DNA from: Vicinamibacteria bacterium
GTDB lineage: Bacteria > Acidobacteriota > Vicinamibacteria > Fen-336
Reading direction: 5' to 3'
Assembly: GCA_963578825.1 (NCBI GenBank)
Contig: CAUZDW010000015.1
Coordinates: 6,703 to 70,702 of the forward strand
DNA: 64,000 nt
Shown one piece after another: positions 30,287 to 40,035 of the stretch. The notes beneath the pieces were generated by a model. It was not told the origin of the DNA. It did not search any database and saw only the letters and a program-made list of their open reading frames with translations. Numbering within the stretch: the stretch's first letter is position 1; every line of letters starts with the position of its first letter. The translations under genes were made by a program, and so were the position numbers.

Positions 30287-31597
30287 ATGCACACGGCGCC
30301 CCATCCGGGAGGTTCCCCTCAAGTGAATAGGACGTTGCTCGGCGCTTTTACGTTCCTTGGAATTTTTGCTTTTCTTTTTCAAAGCTGTTCCGCCCATGGC
30401 CAGGATCCCGATCTGGAGCGGGCCCGACGGCTCTTGAGCCGGCACCCGGTGCTCGATGGACACAACGACCTCCCGTGGACGATCCGCGGGAAGACCGGGG
30501 CGATCGGGGACCTCGAGGCCTACGACCTGGGGCAGCCGACGAGCGGCGACACCGACCTCGAGCGCCTCCGGGCCGGCGGTGTGGGCGGACAGTTCTGGTC
30601 GGTCTACGTGCCAGCCGACCTCGGAGGCGGAGCCGCACGCCGGCAGCTCGAGCAGATCGACCTGGCCCGACGGCTGATCGATCGCTACCCGGAGGACCTG
30701 GCCCTGGCGACGACCGCGGCCGACGTCGAACGCATCATGAAGGAGGGCCGGATCGCGTCGCTGCTCGGCGCCGAGGGCGGCCACGTCATCGAGGACTCCC
30801 TCGGGGCGCTGCGCGCCTACCACGCCCTCGGCGTGCGCTACATGACGCTGACGCACAGCGCCACGCTCAACTGGGCCGACTCCTCCAGCGGGGATCGCCG
30901 CCACGGGGGCCTCACCCTCTTCGGCGAGGAGGTTGTGCGCGAGATGAACAGGCTGGGCATGCTCGTGGACCTCTCCCACGTCTCGCCCGAGACGATGGAG
31001 GACGCCTTGCGAGTCTCCGAGGCGCCGATCATCTTCTCTCACTCCTCCGCGCGGGCCGTGTGCGACCACCCGCGCAACGTTCCCGATGCCATCCTCCGCC
31101 TCCTGCCCGACAACGGCGGCGTCGTCATGATCACGTTCGTCGCCTCGTTCATCTCGCCGGAGTGGGCGGCGGTCTACGACCCGATGCGGAGGGAGTACAA
31201 GAGACGGATCGCGAGAGTCGAGGATTCCGCCGAACGGAAACGGGTCCTAGAGGAGCTCAAGCGGGCGCTTCCACCGATCCGGGTCACCCTCGGGGAGGTG
31301 GCCGATCACGTGGAGCACGTGCGCCGGGTCGCAGGCGTCGACCACGTCGGCCTCGGCGGCGACTTCGACGGCAACGACTCGTGGCCGGAGGGGCTCGACG
31401 ACGTCTCCACGTACCCGAAGCTCTTCGCCGAGCTGATTCGACGGGGATGGAGCGACGCCGACCTCGCCGGGCTTGCAAACGGCAACATCCTCCGGGCGAT
31501 GCGGCAGGCCGAAGAGGTTGCCGCGAGGCTGCAGCTCGAGCGCCCGGCTTCGACGGCCACCCTCGAGGCCCTAGACGGGCCTCCCTCGGAGCCGTGA
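30287..31597 (+). CDS. membrane dipeptidase (peptidase family M19)
   Basis: VLDGHNDLPW, HVIEDSLGALRAYHALGVRYMTLTHS, MLVDLSHVS and GLGGDFDG are M19 zinc-ligand blocks. It has an N-terminal signal peptide. The true start may be the GTG near 30329. Confidence 0.85.
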   Translation: MHTAPHPGGSPQVNRTLLGAFTFLGIFAFLFQSCSAHGQDPDLERARRLLSRHPVLDGHNDLPWTIRGKTGAIGDLEAYDLGQPTSGDTDLERLRAGGVGGQFWSVYVPADLGGGAARRQLEQIDLARRLIDRYPEDLALATTAADVERIMKEGRIASLLGAEGGHVIEDSLGALRAYHALGVRYMTLTHSATLNWADSSSGDRRHGGLTLFGEEVVREMNRLGMLVDLSHVSPETMEDALRVSEAPIIFSHSSARAVCDHPRNVPDAILRLLPDNGGVVMITFVASFISPEWAAVYDPMRREYKRRIARVEDSAERKRVLEELKRALPPIRVTLGEVADHVEHVRRVAGVDHVGLGGDFDGNDSWPEGLDDVSTYPKLFAELIRRGWSDADLAGLANGNILRAMRQAEEVAARLQLERPASTATLEALDGPPSEP

Positions 31598-32592
31598 GCG
31601 GACTTCCGGCGGACGGCCTCGCGATCGAGATCGCCCGTCCCGGCCCCCCCGACGTCCTGCGGCCGATCCGCAGGCCCGTGGACCCACCGGGCCCGGGCGA
31701 GATCCTGCTGCGCGTGGCGGCCGCGGGCGTCAACCGCCCTGATCTTCTCCAGCGCGAGGGCCGGTATCCGCCACCGCCCGGGGCAAGCGACATCCCCGGC
31801 CTCGAGGCGGCGGGGACCGTGGTGGCTGTGGGGGACGGCGTGAGCCGCTGGAGCGTGGGCGACGAGGCCTGCGCGCTGTTGGCCGGCGGCGGCTACGCCG
31901 AGTACTGCCTGGCACCGGCCCCTCAGGTGCTGCCCCTCCCCCGGGGCATGGCGGCGCTCCAGGCCGCCGCTCTTCCCGAGGCCGTCTTCACCGTCTGGAC
32001 CAACGTGTTCGAGCGCGGGCGGCTCGCTCGGGAAGAAACCCTGCTGGTCCACGGGGGGACGAGCGGCATCGGCACCACCGCCATCCAGCTCGCCCGGGCC
32101 CGGGGGGGCCGTGTGTTTGCCACGGCCGGCACCGCCGAGAAGTGCGCTGCATGTGAGCGTCTCGGCGCCGTGCGGGCGGTCAACTACCGCGAGGAGGATT
32201 TCGTTCCGATCGTGAAGGAGCTCACCGACGGACGAGGCGTGGACGTCATTCTCGACATGGTCGGTGGGCGCTACATGAGCCGAAATCTCGACTCGCTGGC
32301 TCGAGACGGGAGACTCGTCCTCATCGCGTTCCTCGGGGGCGCGACGGCCGAGGTCGACTTTCGGCCGGTGCTCCAGCGCTGGCTCACCATCACGGGCTCG
32401 ACGCTACGGCCCCGATCCATCGAGGAGAAGGGTCGGATCGCACGTGCCGTCGAGACCGAGGTCTGGCCTCTCTTCGAATCGGGAGCCATGGTCCCTGTCA
32501 TTCACGCGACCCTGCCCCTGGCGCAGGCGGCGGAGGCGCATCGCCAGCTGGAAGAGGGCGGGCACATCGGCAAGCTCGTGCTCGTCCCCTGA
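31594..32592 (+). CDS. qor: NADPH:quinone oxidoreductase (MDR/zeta-crystallin family)
   Basis: A GTG start overlaps the dipeptidase stop (GTGA). AGVNRPDLLQREGRYPPPPGASDIPGLEAAGTVVAVGDGV...LVHGGTSGIGTTAIQLARARGGRVFATAG is the MDR Rossmann GxxGxxG signature. Confidence 0.8.
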   Translation: MSGLPADGLAIEIARPGPPDVLRPIRRPVDPPGPGEILLRVAAAGVNRPDLLQREGRYPPPPGASDIPGLEAAGTVVAVGDGVSRWSVGDEACALLAGGGYAEYCLAPAPQVLPLPRGMAALQAAALPEAVFTVWTNVFERGRLAREETLLVHGGTSGIGTTAIQLARARGGRVFATAGTAEKCAACERLGAVRAVNYREEDFVPIVKELTDGRGVDVILDMVGGRYMSRNLDSLARDGRLVLIAFLGGATAEVDFRPVLQRWLTITGSTLRPRSIEEKGRIARAVETEVWPLFESGAMVPVIHATLPLAQAAEAHRQLEEGGHIGKLVLVP

Positions 32593-32670
32593 CAATCGAT
32601 CTGCACCTTGGCGCGCCGCGCCGCGCCGGCCTCTCGCCCGAGCGAGCCCGGCGTGCCCACCGAAGAGTCG

Positions 32671-34197
32671 TCAATCCTTCAGCGGCTCGATCCACGGTGC
32701 AGCACCTAGGCGATGCGGCTCGGCGGCCAGGTCGACCTTGGGGTCGATCAAGCGCTGACGCTCCCGACCGTTCAGACTGACCTCGACGTTCGTCCGGACG
32801 CTCACACCCGGGTGGCCGCGCGCCTCCAGGTTCTGCGCCAGATGCCGGGCGAACTGGTGGATCATGTGGGGTCGCGTGGCCATCTTCCTGTACTGCCACC
32901 GTTCCAGCAGCTCCCTCGGATCGATCGTCCAGTTTCGCCCGCTCTTGGGATCCGTCACGCGGAACCTCGCCGTGCCTCTCTTGCTGCGCAGCTTCATGTG
33001 CCAGGAGAAGTTGTGACCCTCCTCCGTCCAGCTCACGGCGCCCGGAATGACGAAGTGGCGCAGAGGGATGACGACCTGCAGCGTGAACCAGACGACGACC
33101 AGCGCGCACGTCAGCCCGTGTCCAGTGGGCGCACCTCGCTCGAGCGTCGCTCCATCTCGGTCGAGGTCGCGGCGGGCGAGGTCGGGTGAGTGGCGTCGAG
33201 GGCTCGAGCGCTCGCCTGGCCCTTCCTTCCCTCGGAGCGCCGCGGCCGTGGTTGCCAGCCCTACGGGCACGAGCTCCAGCTCTTTCCGGAGCCAGGCGAC
33301 TGCCAAGCCCAGCGCCACGCCCCCCGACCAGGCGAACCGCGCCCTCGCATCCGGTGCCGCCTGAAGATCGCGGACCAGGCGGCGCGGCCAGTCAGGCGGG
33401 AAGAACAGCGTCGTGGCGGCGAGGGCCAGCCAGGGGAAGATCCCGATCGAGAACAAACGATCGTTCATGAGGTGGAACGACGTGACGAGCGCGAACATGA
33501 GCGGACGCGTCCGACGCCAGAGAAGCGCTGGGACAGCCAACAGATCCAGCAGCAGCCCCCCGTAGGCGAAGAGGTAGACGACCCACTCGTCGGTGAACAG
33601 CGGGCCGATCAGCGGGAAGCTGGCCCGCCTGGCCAGCCAGGTGCGGAGCGGCTCTCCGCCAAGCCAGTCGCCGTTGATCTTCGCGACGCCACCGAAGAAG
33701 TAGACAGATGCCCATCTGTCCGGCCAGCAGCACCGGGCCCCAGGCCGGGATCCGATCGGCCCTCAGCCGGGGGCGGATCAGCGCGTCCACCGAAACAGCG
33801 CGGTGGGCCGGCACGAAGATCATCAGGAAGCTGATCAGAATGACGAAGTAGAAGTGATTCAGGTACCGCGCCTGCTCGAGCAGGAAGACGTAGGTAAACC
33901 CCAGGAAGAAGAGCGCGGCGCTCAGTCGGTAGAGAAAGCCCAACATGATGAAGAGTGCGAGGGCGCCGAGCGCGTAGAAATGGACGTACATCCCGTCGCC
34001 CGACCACGGACGAACCCACTCGAAGAACGGGTAGGTGAAGTGGTAGCAGGGCTCGAGCCAGTAGCGCGCGATCCAATCGTGATCGAGGTAACGCTTTACC
34101 TCCCAGAGCATCACGAGCCCGAACGCCACGCGGAAGAAGACGACACTCGCGATGTCGACTGGGCGAAGGAGCGCGGCGGCCAGGCGATGGGACGTCA
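32671..34197 (-). pseudogene. HTTM domain protein (vitamin K-dependent gamma-carboxylase-like membrane protein), split by a frameshift
   Basis: The N-terminal frame (GTG at 34197) reads RPVDIASVVFFRVAFGLVMLWEVKRYL...VHFYALGALALFIMLGFLYR...PAWGPVLLAGQMGI. The C-terminal frame reads VYFFGGVAKINGDWLGGEPLRTWLARRASFPLIGPLFTDEWVVYLFAYGGLLLDLLAVPALLW...FHLMNDRLFSIGIFPW. The frames join at about 33695-33720 with a 1-2 nt indel. Confidence 0.7.
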
Positions 34198-34429
34198 CGC
34201 CCGCCGCCTCCAGGCAGGGCTCTGAGGCGGGCGAGCAAGCGGCGAGAGGATGTCGGGCTGCAGGCGTGAAACCAGCTGCGTCGCTCGAGGCTGACAGCGC
34301 CACGAGCTGAAGGATGGTAGGTCGAGGCGGCGCACGGATTCAACCAGGGGGTTCTTCAGCGACCAGGACTCACCGGTGCAGACGTATCAGACTCAGCGGA
34401 GCCCACAGATCGAAGGAGCCCGGCGATGT

Positions 34430-34843
34430 CTACAGGTGCAGAAATCGATCCCGCTCCTCGGGAGCGGAGAGCGTGCAGGCTTCGGCCTGGCCGAACCACC
34501 GGTATCGGTGCGCCGCAACGTAGTCGTACAGGCGATCCCGGACGAAGCGGGGTACGATCACGCCGACCCAAAGCAGGCTCCAGGGAAGGCCGAGCCGGCG
34601 GAGGACCTGCAACGCGGCCGTGGACCGCTGGAAGGCCTGGCCGCTCGACACGAGCGCGAACGAGTCGAGGGTGTCGATGGGGAGATCGTGAGCGCGAAGC
34701 AGCGACCGGCCGACATCGCTCTGCAGTGGAGCGAATCGAAAACGCCGCCGTCGGTCGCTGGCGATGACGAACGAGACCCAGCGGTCACAGAGACCGCAAG
34801 TGCCGTCGAAGAGTATGACCGGCTCGCCGCTCATCGGATTCAT
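34430..34843 (-). CDS. thiol-disulfide oxidoreductase DCC family protein (DUF393)
   Basis: PVILFDGTCGLCDRWVSFVIASDRRRRFRFAPLQSDVGRSLL is the DCC-family CxxC motif and N-terminal block. Its position next to the HTTM gene matches the known HTTM–DCC pairing. Confidence 0.75.
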   Translation of the reverse strand: MNPMSGEPVILFDGTCGLCDRWVSFVIASDRRRRFRFAPLQSDVGRSLLRAHDLPIDTLDSFALVSSGQAFQRSTAALQVLRRLGLPWSLLWVGVIVPRFVRDRLYDYVAAHRYRWFGQAEACTLSAPEERDRFLHL

Positions 34844-34970
34844 CGTAACCCCGTTGCTCCGCCGGCGGACAGTCCGTGGCGCCGCGGCATATGGCTCCCG
34901 TGGCCTCGGGTTGCCGGCTGGCGGTTGAGGTATAGTCGAGAGTTGCGGGACGTGCTTTCAGGAGAGTTAA

Positions 34971-37682
34971 TTGAAGGGGCTCATCGACCGATTCCTCAAC
35001 AAGCCTGAATGGCAGGATTCGGACCCAGTCGTCCGGGCCGAGGCGGTGCTGCGCCTGCCCTCGTCCGAGCGCGAAGCTCTCGTGGCCATCGCCCAGGACG
35101 ACGACGAGCCTCGCGTTCGCCGGGCAGCGGCCAGGAAGCTGTCCGACACCGACACCCTGGTGAAGCTGGCGCGCTCCGATCCGGACGACGGCGTCCAGGA
35201 AGAGGCCGCCTCGCGACTCGTGCACCTCGTCGTTCACGCGACCGAGGAGGACGCGGCAACGACCGCCCTGGCCGCGTTGAGCCAGCCGAAGCATCTGTCG
35301 GTCGTGGCTCGCTCCGCGGCGCTCGAGCCGATCCGTGAGGCGGCGATCGGGGCCATGACAGACCCGCGCGCGCTGGCTGCGGTGGTGCGCGAGGCCGGCG
35401 ACGGCCCAACGCGCCTCCTGGCTCTCGGGCGGATCGAAGACGTCCCCACCCTCCTCGCGATCGCCCTCAAGTCGGACCAGAAGTCCATCGCAGTGGCCGC
35501 CGTGGAGCGGCTGAGCGACCGCGAGGCCCTCCAGGCCGTGTCCGAGAACGCCCGGGCCGGCTCCGCCGCGCGGCGCGCGAGGGCCCGGCTCGAGCCGGAT
35601 GAGCCCGCCGACGAGCGTCCCGCGAGTGCGCTCCCCTCTCCGGAGCAGGACGAGAAGGAAAAGGAAACGTACGAGCGGGCGCGAGCGCACCACGAGCAGG
35701 AGGCCGCGGAGCGCGCCGAGGCCCTGGCCGCCCGGACTCGGATCTGCGAATCGGTCGAAGGCGCCCAGAGCGAGACGATCCCCTCGGCTCTCGAGCAAGC
35801 CCGGGCGGAGTGGGAGACGCTGACGCCCCTCTCGAGCGCAGAGGCCGAGACCGCAAAGGCACGCTTCGACCAGGCCCTCGGTGCAGGCGAACGACGCCAT
35901 GCCGCCTTCCTCGCGGGGCTCGCCCGACGCGACGAGATCACGGCCCTCGTGACCCAGGCCGAAGAGCTGGCGGCCACCGAGAACGCCGGCGACCGATCGG
36001 CCTGGGCCGCGCTGAAGAAGAAATGGGGGGAGCTGGCCGCTTCTGCGGATCAGCCCGATCTTCGCACCCGCTTCGAGAGAGCGGCGGCAGGTTACGACGA
36101 GCGCCAGCGCGCCAGCCGCGAGGAGAGCGAGCAGAAGGACCGCCAGAACCTCGTCCGTCTCACCAGGCTCGCCGAGAAGGCCGAGGCCCTGCTCACGAAG
36201 AAGGACGCAGGGTTGCGCGACGCCGACCACGCCTCGCGGGAGATCCGCTCCGCACTGGACCATCCCGGGCACTTCCCCACCCGCGAGGATCGCGAGGGGA
36301 CCCTCGCGCGTCTCGAGACCGCCCGGAAGGCTCTCTACCCACGAGTGCAACAGCTTCGAGAGGATGCGGAGTGGAAGCGCTGGGCCAACGTGTCCGTGCA
36401 GGAGGAGCTGTGCACACGCGCGGAGGCGCTCGCCGAGGAGGAGGAGAACCTCGGGGAGGTCGCCGGCAAGCTGCGCGACCTCGACGCACGCTGGAAGCAG
36501 GCCAGAGAGGCGCCGAAGGACAAGTCCGAGGAGCTCTGGAAGCGATTCAAGACGGCACGAGACGTGGTCAAGGGCCGCGTGGACGCCTACTTCGCACAAC
36601 CGAACAAAGGGTTCGCGGAAAACCTCCAGAAGAAAGAAGCCCTCTGTGAGAAGGCCGAGGCCCTGGCCGATTCCACCGAGTGGGTGAAGACCGCCGCGGT
36701 GCTGCGCGGCCTGCAGGCAGAGTGGAAGGAGATCGGCCCGGTCCCTCGATCCCGGTCCGGCAAGATCTGGACCCGCTTCCGCCAGCCGTGCGATCGCTTC
36801 TTCACTCAGTGGCAGGCGCACCGGGGCGAGCAGAGCAAGGGCTGGGCCGAGAATCTCGTGCTGAAAGAGTCGCTGTGCGAGAAGGCCGAGGCCGTAATGG
36901 ATTCCACGGACTGGGAGCCTGTGGCCAGCGAGCTCAAGCGCCTCCAGACCGAATGGCGGACGATCGGGGCCGTCAAGAACAGCCGCTCCGACAAGGTCTG
37001 GCGGCGCTTTCGCAAAGCCTGCGACCATTTCTTCGATCGATACAAGCACCGCGACACCCTGGCCCTTCAGGCCGTGCAGGAGGCGAGAGAGCAGATCTGT
37101 GCGGATCTCGAGGGCCTCGTGCCGGAAGAGGGCGCCGAGACCACTGCCCCCGACGACCTCGTGGCCCGGGTGCTGGCGGCGCAGACGGCGTGGCGGCAGG
37201 CCGGGGAGCTGCCCCGTGACGCCATGGCGTCTCTGGCCGAGCGCTTCGCCCAGGTTCGCGATCGGCTCGTGACGCTCCATCCATCCACGTTTTCCGGAAC
37301 CGAGCTCGACCCCGAGGCCAGCCGGCGAAAAGCGGAGAAGCTGGTCGTCCGAGTGGAGGCCGCCCTGGAGGAAAACGAGGCGAAGCGAACCGCGACCGCC
37401 GCCGAGACCACCGAGGATCTCGCGGCACGGCTCCGCGAGGCGTTGGCCGCCAACACCATCGGAGGGCACGAGGCGGTCGAGGCCCGGTGGGCCTCCGCCA
37501 CTACCGAGGTCGAGTCCGCCCAGGCCGCGTGGCGGCGGCTCAGTCCCTTGACCGGCCCGGAAGCCACCGCGCTGGCGGAACGCTTCGACCGGGCCTGCAC
37601 GCAGTTTTTCGAGAAGCGTCCGCGTCCCGAGCCGGCACGACGCTCCGAGGGCGCGAAACGGCGGCCCCGCAGGCGCGCCTGA
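34971..37682 (+). CDS. DUF349 repeat protein with N-terminal HEAT/PBS-lyase-like repeats
   Basis: N-terminal repeats DDDEPRVRRAAARKLSDTDTL / SDPDDGVQEEAA are followed by at least 5 DUF349-like repeats: ELWKRFKTARDVVKGRVDAYF, GKIWTRFRQPCDRFF, DKVWRRFRKACDHFF, SAWAALKKKWGEL. 903 aa. The opposite-strand 973-aa ORF is GC artefact. Confidence 0.6.
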   Translation: MKGLIDRFLNKPEWQDSDPVVRAEAVLRLPSSEREALVAIAQDDDEPRVRRAAARKLSDTDTLVKLARSDPDDGVQEEAASRLVHLVVHATEEDAATTALAALSQPKHLSVVARSAALEPIREAAIGAMTDPRALAAVVREAGDGPTRLLALGRIEDVPTLLAIALKSDQKSIAVAAVERLSDREALQAVSENARAGSAARRARARLEPDEPADERPASALPSPEQDEKEKETYERARAHHEQEAAERAEALAARTRICESVEGAQSETIPSALEQARAEWETLTPLSSAEAETAKARFDQALGAGERRHAAFLAGLARRDEITALVTQAEELAATENAGDRSAWAALKKKWGELAASADQPDLRTRFERAAAGYDERQRASREESEQKDRQNLVRLTRLAEKAEALLTKKDAGLRDADHASREIRSALDHPGHFPTREDREGTLARLETARKALYPRVQQLREDAEWKRWANVSVQEELCTRAEALAEEEENLGEVAGKLRDLDARWKQAREAPKDKSEELWKRFKTARDVVKGRVDAYFAQPNKGFAENLQKKEALCEKAEALADSTEWVKTAAVLRGLQAEWKEIGPVPRSRSGKIWTRFRQPCDRFFTQWQAHRGEQSKGWAENLVLKESLCEKAEAVMDSTDWEPVASELKRLQTEWRTIGAVKNSRSDKVWRRFRKACDHFFDRYKHRDTLALQAVQEAREQICADLEGLVPEEGAETTAPDDLVARVLAAQTAWRQAGELPRDAMASLAERFAQVRDRLVTLHPSTFSGTELDPEASRRKAEKLVVRVEAALEENEAKRTATAAETTEDLAARLREALAANTIGGHEAVEARWASATTEVESAQAAWRRLSPLTGPEATALAERFDRACTQFFEKRPRPEPARRSEGAKRRPRRRA

Positions 37683-37699
37683 AGGGCCCCGGCCCGACG

Positions 37700-38857
37700 T
37701 TGCCACCCCGCCGCGGCGACCAGGTCCTCGAGCTGTTCGTCCTGGCGTCCGATCCCACCTTCGAGACGGCGAGCCTGCTGGCGTCGTTCAGGAACGCCAG
37801 GGTCCTGGCCCCGTTCCCGCGCCGGGGTGGCGAGGCGGGAGCCCGCTGGCAACGGATCATCCGAGCACACGAGCGGACCCTGGCCGTGCTCGAGGGGCGG
37901 GCCCGAGGGCGCTCGCTCCCCCGAGGCCGCGAGCTCCGTGCCTGGGGGCGAGACCTCTTCGAGCTGCTCTTTCCCGGGGACGTGCGCCGCCTCTACGACG
38001 TCGCCCGGTCGCTCCAGCCCAGTGGCGTCCTCGACATCGTGTTCACGTCGATGCTCGACTGGGTCGCGGACAAGCCGTGGGAGCTCGCCTACGACCCATC
38101 CCGCCGGACGTTCCTCGCGACCTCCGACGTCAACTTCGTCCGCAACGTCTTCACGACGGTCCCGGCGGAGGTCCGGCCACGACGGCGCGACCGCCTCCGG
38201 ATCCTCGTGGCCACGTCCGAGCCCAGAGGGACGACCCCGCTGGCCGCCCGGGAGGAAGCGGCCCTGGTAAAACGGGGATTTCGCCCGCTCGTCGATGCGG
38301 GCCTGGCCTCTGTGAGCGTCCTCCCGGGAGCCACACCCGAGGCTCTGCACCGCCGGCTGAGGGATCAGGCCGTCGACGTCCTCCACTACGTCGGCCACGG
38401 GCGCTACGACGAGGACGCCGGCGAGGGATGCCTCTTCCTGGAAGACGGGAAGGGGCGGGTCAAGCCGGTGGATGCCGCTGCCTTTCGCCAGATCGTCGGT
38501 CGCCGAGGGGTGGATCTCGTATTTCTCAATGCCTGCGAGAGCGGTCGCGGGGGGAGAGTGGACTTCAATCGAGGCATGGCTTCCGCCCTCGTCGCCGCAG
38601 GCGTCCCCGCGGTCGTGGCCAACCAGTACGCCGTGCTGGACTCCGCCGCCACGACGTTCGCCCGGGAGCTCTATGCCGCCCTCGCCCGCGGAGGCTCCCT
38701 GGGACACGCGACCCGGGAGGCCCGCGTGTCGCTCGGGAATACGGTGGGCACCGGAGCGATCGACTGGGCGGTGCCGGTCCTGTACGCCCGAGACCCCAGC
38801 GCCACACTTCGACCCGCCCGGAGAAAGCGCACCACGAAAGCGAGGGCGCGGCGTTGA
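37700..38857 (+). CDS. CHAT-domain protein (caspase-like peptidase family)
   Basis: DVLHYVGHGRYDE...VDLVFLNACESGRG is the CHAT His/Cys dyad context (xHYxGHG ... LNAC). A TTG start at 37700 lies 18 nt after the DUF349 stop. The track ORF begins upstream in garbage. Confidence 0.7.
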   Translation: MPPRRGDQVLELFVLASDPTFETASLLASFRNARVLAPFPRRGGEAGARWQRIIRAHERTLAVLEGRARGRSLPRGRELRAWGRDLFELLFPGDVRRLYDVARSLQPSGVLDIVFTSMLDWVADKPWELAYDPSRRTFLATSDVNFVRNVFTTVPAEVRPRRRDRLRILVATSEPRGTTPLAAREEAALVKRGFRPLVDAGLASVSVLPGATPEALHRRLRDQAVDVLHYVGHGRYDEDAGEGCLFLEDGKGRVKPVDAAAFRQIVGRRGVDLVFLNACESGRGGRVDFNRGMASALVAAGVPAVVANQYAVLDSAATTFARELYAALARGGSLGHATREARVSLGNTVGTGAIDWAVPVLYARDPSATLRPARRKRTTKARARR

Positions 38858-40035
38858 CCCGGGCGCTCGTCGGCCCGCTCCTGCTGGCACTCGCGCTGCG
38901 CGCCGGAGCGATCCTCGTCTCCGACCGGGTCGTGGCCGACGTCGAACGCTACCAGCGGGTGGGCCGCCATCTCATCGACGTCTCCTGGAACCCCTACGAA
39001 ACCGCGCGCCTCTACCCCTACCCGCCCGTGTGGGCGGCGGCCGAGGCCGGGGCGGAGTGGCTCGACAGGCGAGGCCTGGTCTCCTTTCCGATTGGCGTCA
39101 AGCTCCCCGTGCTGTTCGCCGACCTGCTGCTCGTGGCCGCCCTGGTGGCCGCCGGGCGTGCAGGGCGAGCGCCTCCGGCGGCGGCCTGGATCTACGCCGC
39201 TCATCCGGTCAGCGTGCTGATCACGGGCGTTCACGGGCAGTTCGATTCCATCGCTCTCCTCTTCGTTGTGCTGGCGCTGGGGGCGCTCAGCCGCGGCAGG
39301 CGCGACGTCTCGGCGCTGTCTCTCGCCGCGGCCATCGCCACGAAGTCGTTCCCGGTGGTGCTCCTCCCGTTCCTCGCCCTCGGGGGTGGTGCGTCGTGGC
39401 GGCAGGCGGCACGCTACGGGGGCCTGGCGCTGGGGTCGGTGGCCCTCCTGCTCCTGCCTTTCGCACTGGCGGACCACCCCGCGCTCCGCCGAGAGCTCCT
39501 GGCGTACTCCGGGATCGCGGACTTCGGCTGGACCGGCCTCGTCCGCGGCCTGTCCTGGCTCGCCAGCGGTGATCTCGCCCGCAGTGAGGCCCGCTTCTGG
39601 CCCGCGGCATCGGTGGCCTCCAAGGCCCTGTTCCTCGGCGCCTGGAGCGTCCTCGTCGTTGCGGTGCGCCGCGGACGGATCGTCCTCACTCCGGAACGGG
39701 CATGCCTGGCCACGCTCCTGGCCTTTCACGTCCTCTACGGGTTGCAGAGCGCGCAGTACCTTCTCTGGGTCGTGCCGCTCGGTGTGCTCCGGCCAGGTCG
39801 CGCACTGACAATGCACGCTGCGGCCGCGACCGCCGGGCTCGTGGGCTTCTACCTCTTCCTGGCGCCCGGGGTCCTCGTGCCCCGACCGCTCGACGAGACG
39901 GCCCTCGTGTGGGCGGGCCGTCTCTGGGTCGTCGGAGTCGGCGCGACGTTCGTGGTGTGTGCGATCTGGCTCGCCGGGTTGGTGCGCGAGGGCCTCGACC
40001 CGCCCCGCCTACGGGGCCTTGCGCGCGGCGATTGA
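38854..40035 (+). CDS. GT87/DUF2029-like polytopic membrane glycosyltransferase
   Basis: A TTG start overlaps the CHAT stop (TTGA). DVSWNPYETARLYPYPPVW, followed by 9-10 TM segments, matches DUF2029/GT87 mannosyltransferase-like proteins. Confidence 0.5.
   Translation: MTRALVGPLLLALALRAGAILVSDRVVADVERYQRVGRHLIDVSWNPYETARLYPYPPVWAAAEAGAEWLDRRGLVSFPIGVKLPVLFADLLLVAALVAAGRAGRAPPAAAWIYAAHPVSVLITGVHGQFDSIALLFVVLALGALSRGRRDVSALSLAAAIATKSFPVVLLPFLALGGGASWRQAARYGGLALGSVALLLLPFALADHPALRRELLAYSGIADFGWTGLVRGLSWLASGDLARSEARFWPAASVASKALFLGAWSVLVVAVRRGRIVLTPERACLATLLAFHVLYGLQSAQYLLWVVPLGVLRPGRALTMHAAAATAGLVGFYLFLAPGVLVPRPLDETALVWAGRLWVVGVGATFVVCAIWLAGLVREGLDPPRLRGLARGD

Noticed and set aside
34785-37706. 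973-aa minus-strand ORF antisense to the DUF349 gene, plus similar long antisense or off-frame ORFs (for example 1435-2937 +, 8592-10076 +, 10284-11903 -, 20380-22791 +, 38077-40035 N-terminal part, and 23643-25397 N-terminal part)
   Set aside because: They are Arg/Gly/Pro/Ala-dominated low-complexity translations typical of non-coding frames in 70% GC DNA. Each overlaps a gene with clear family motifs in another frame.
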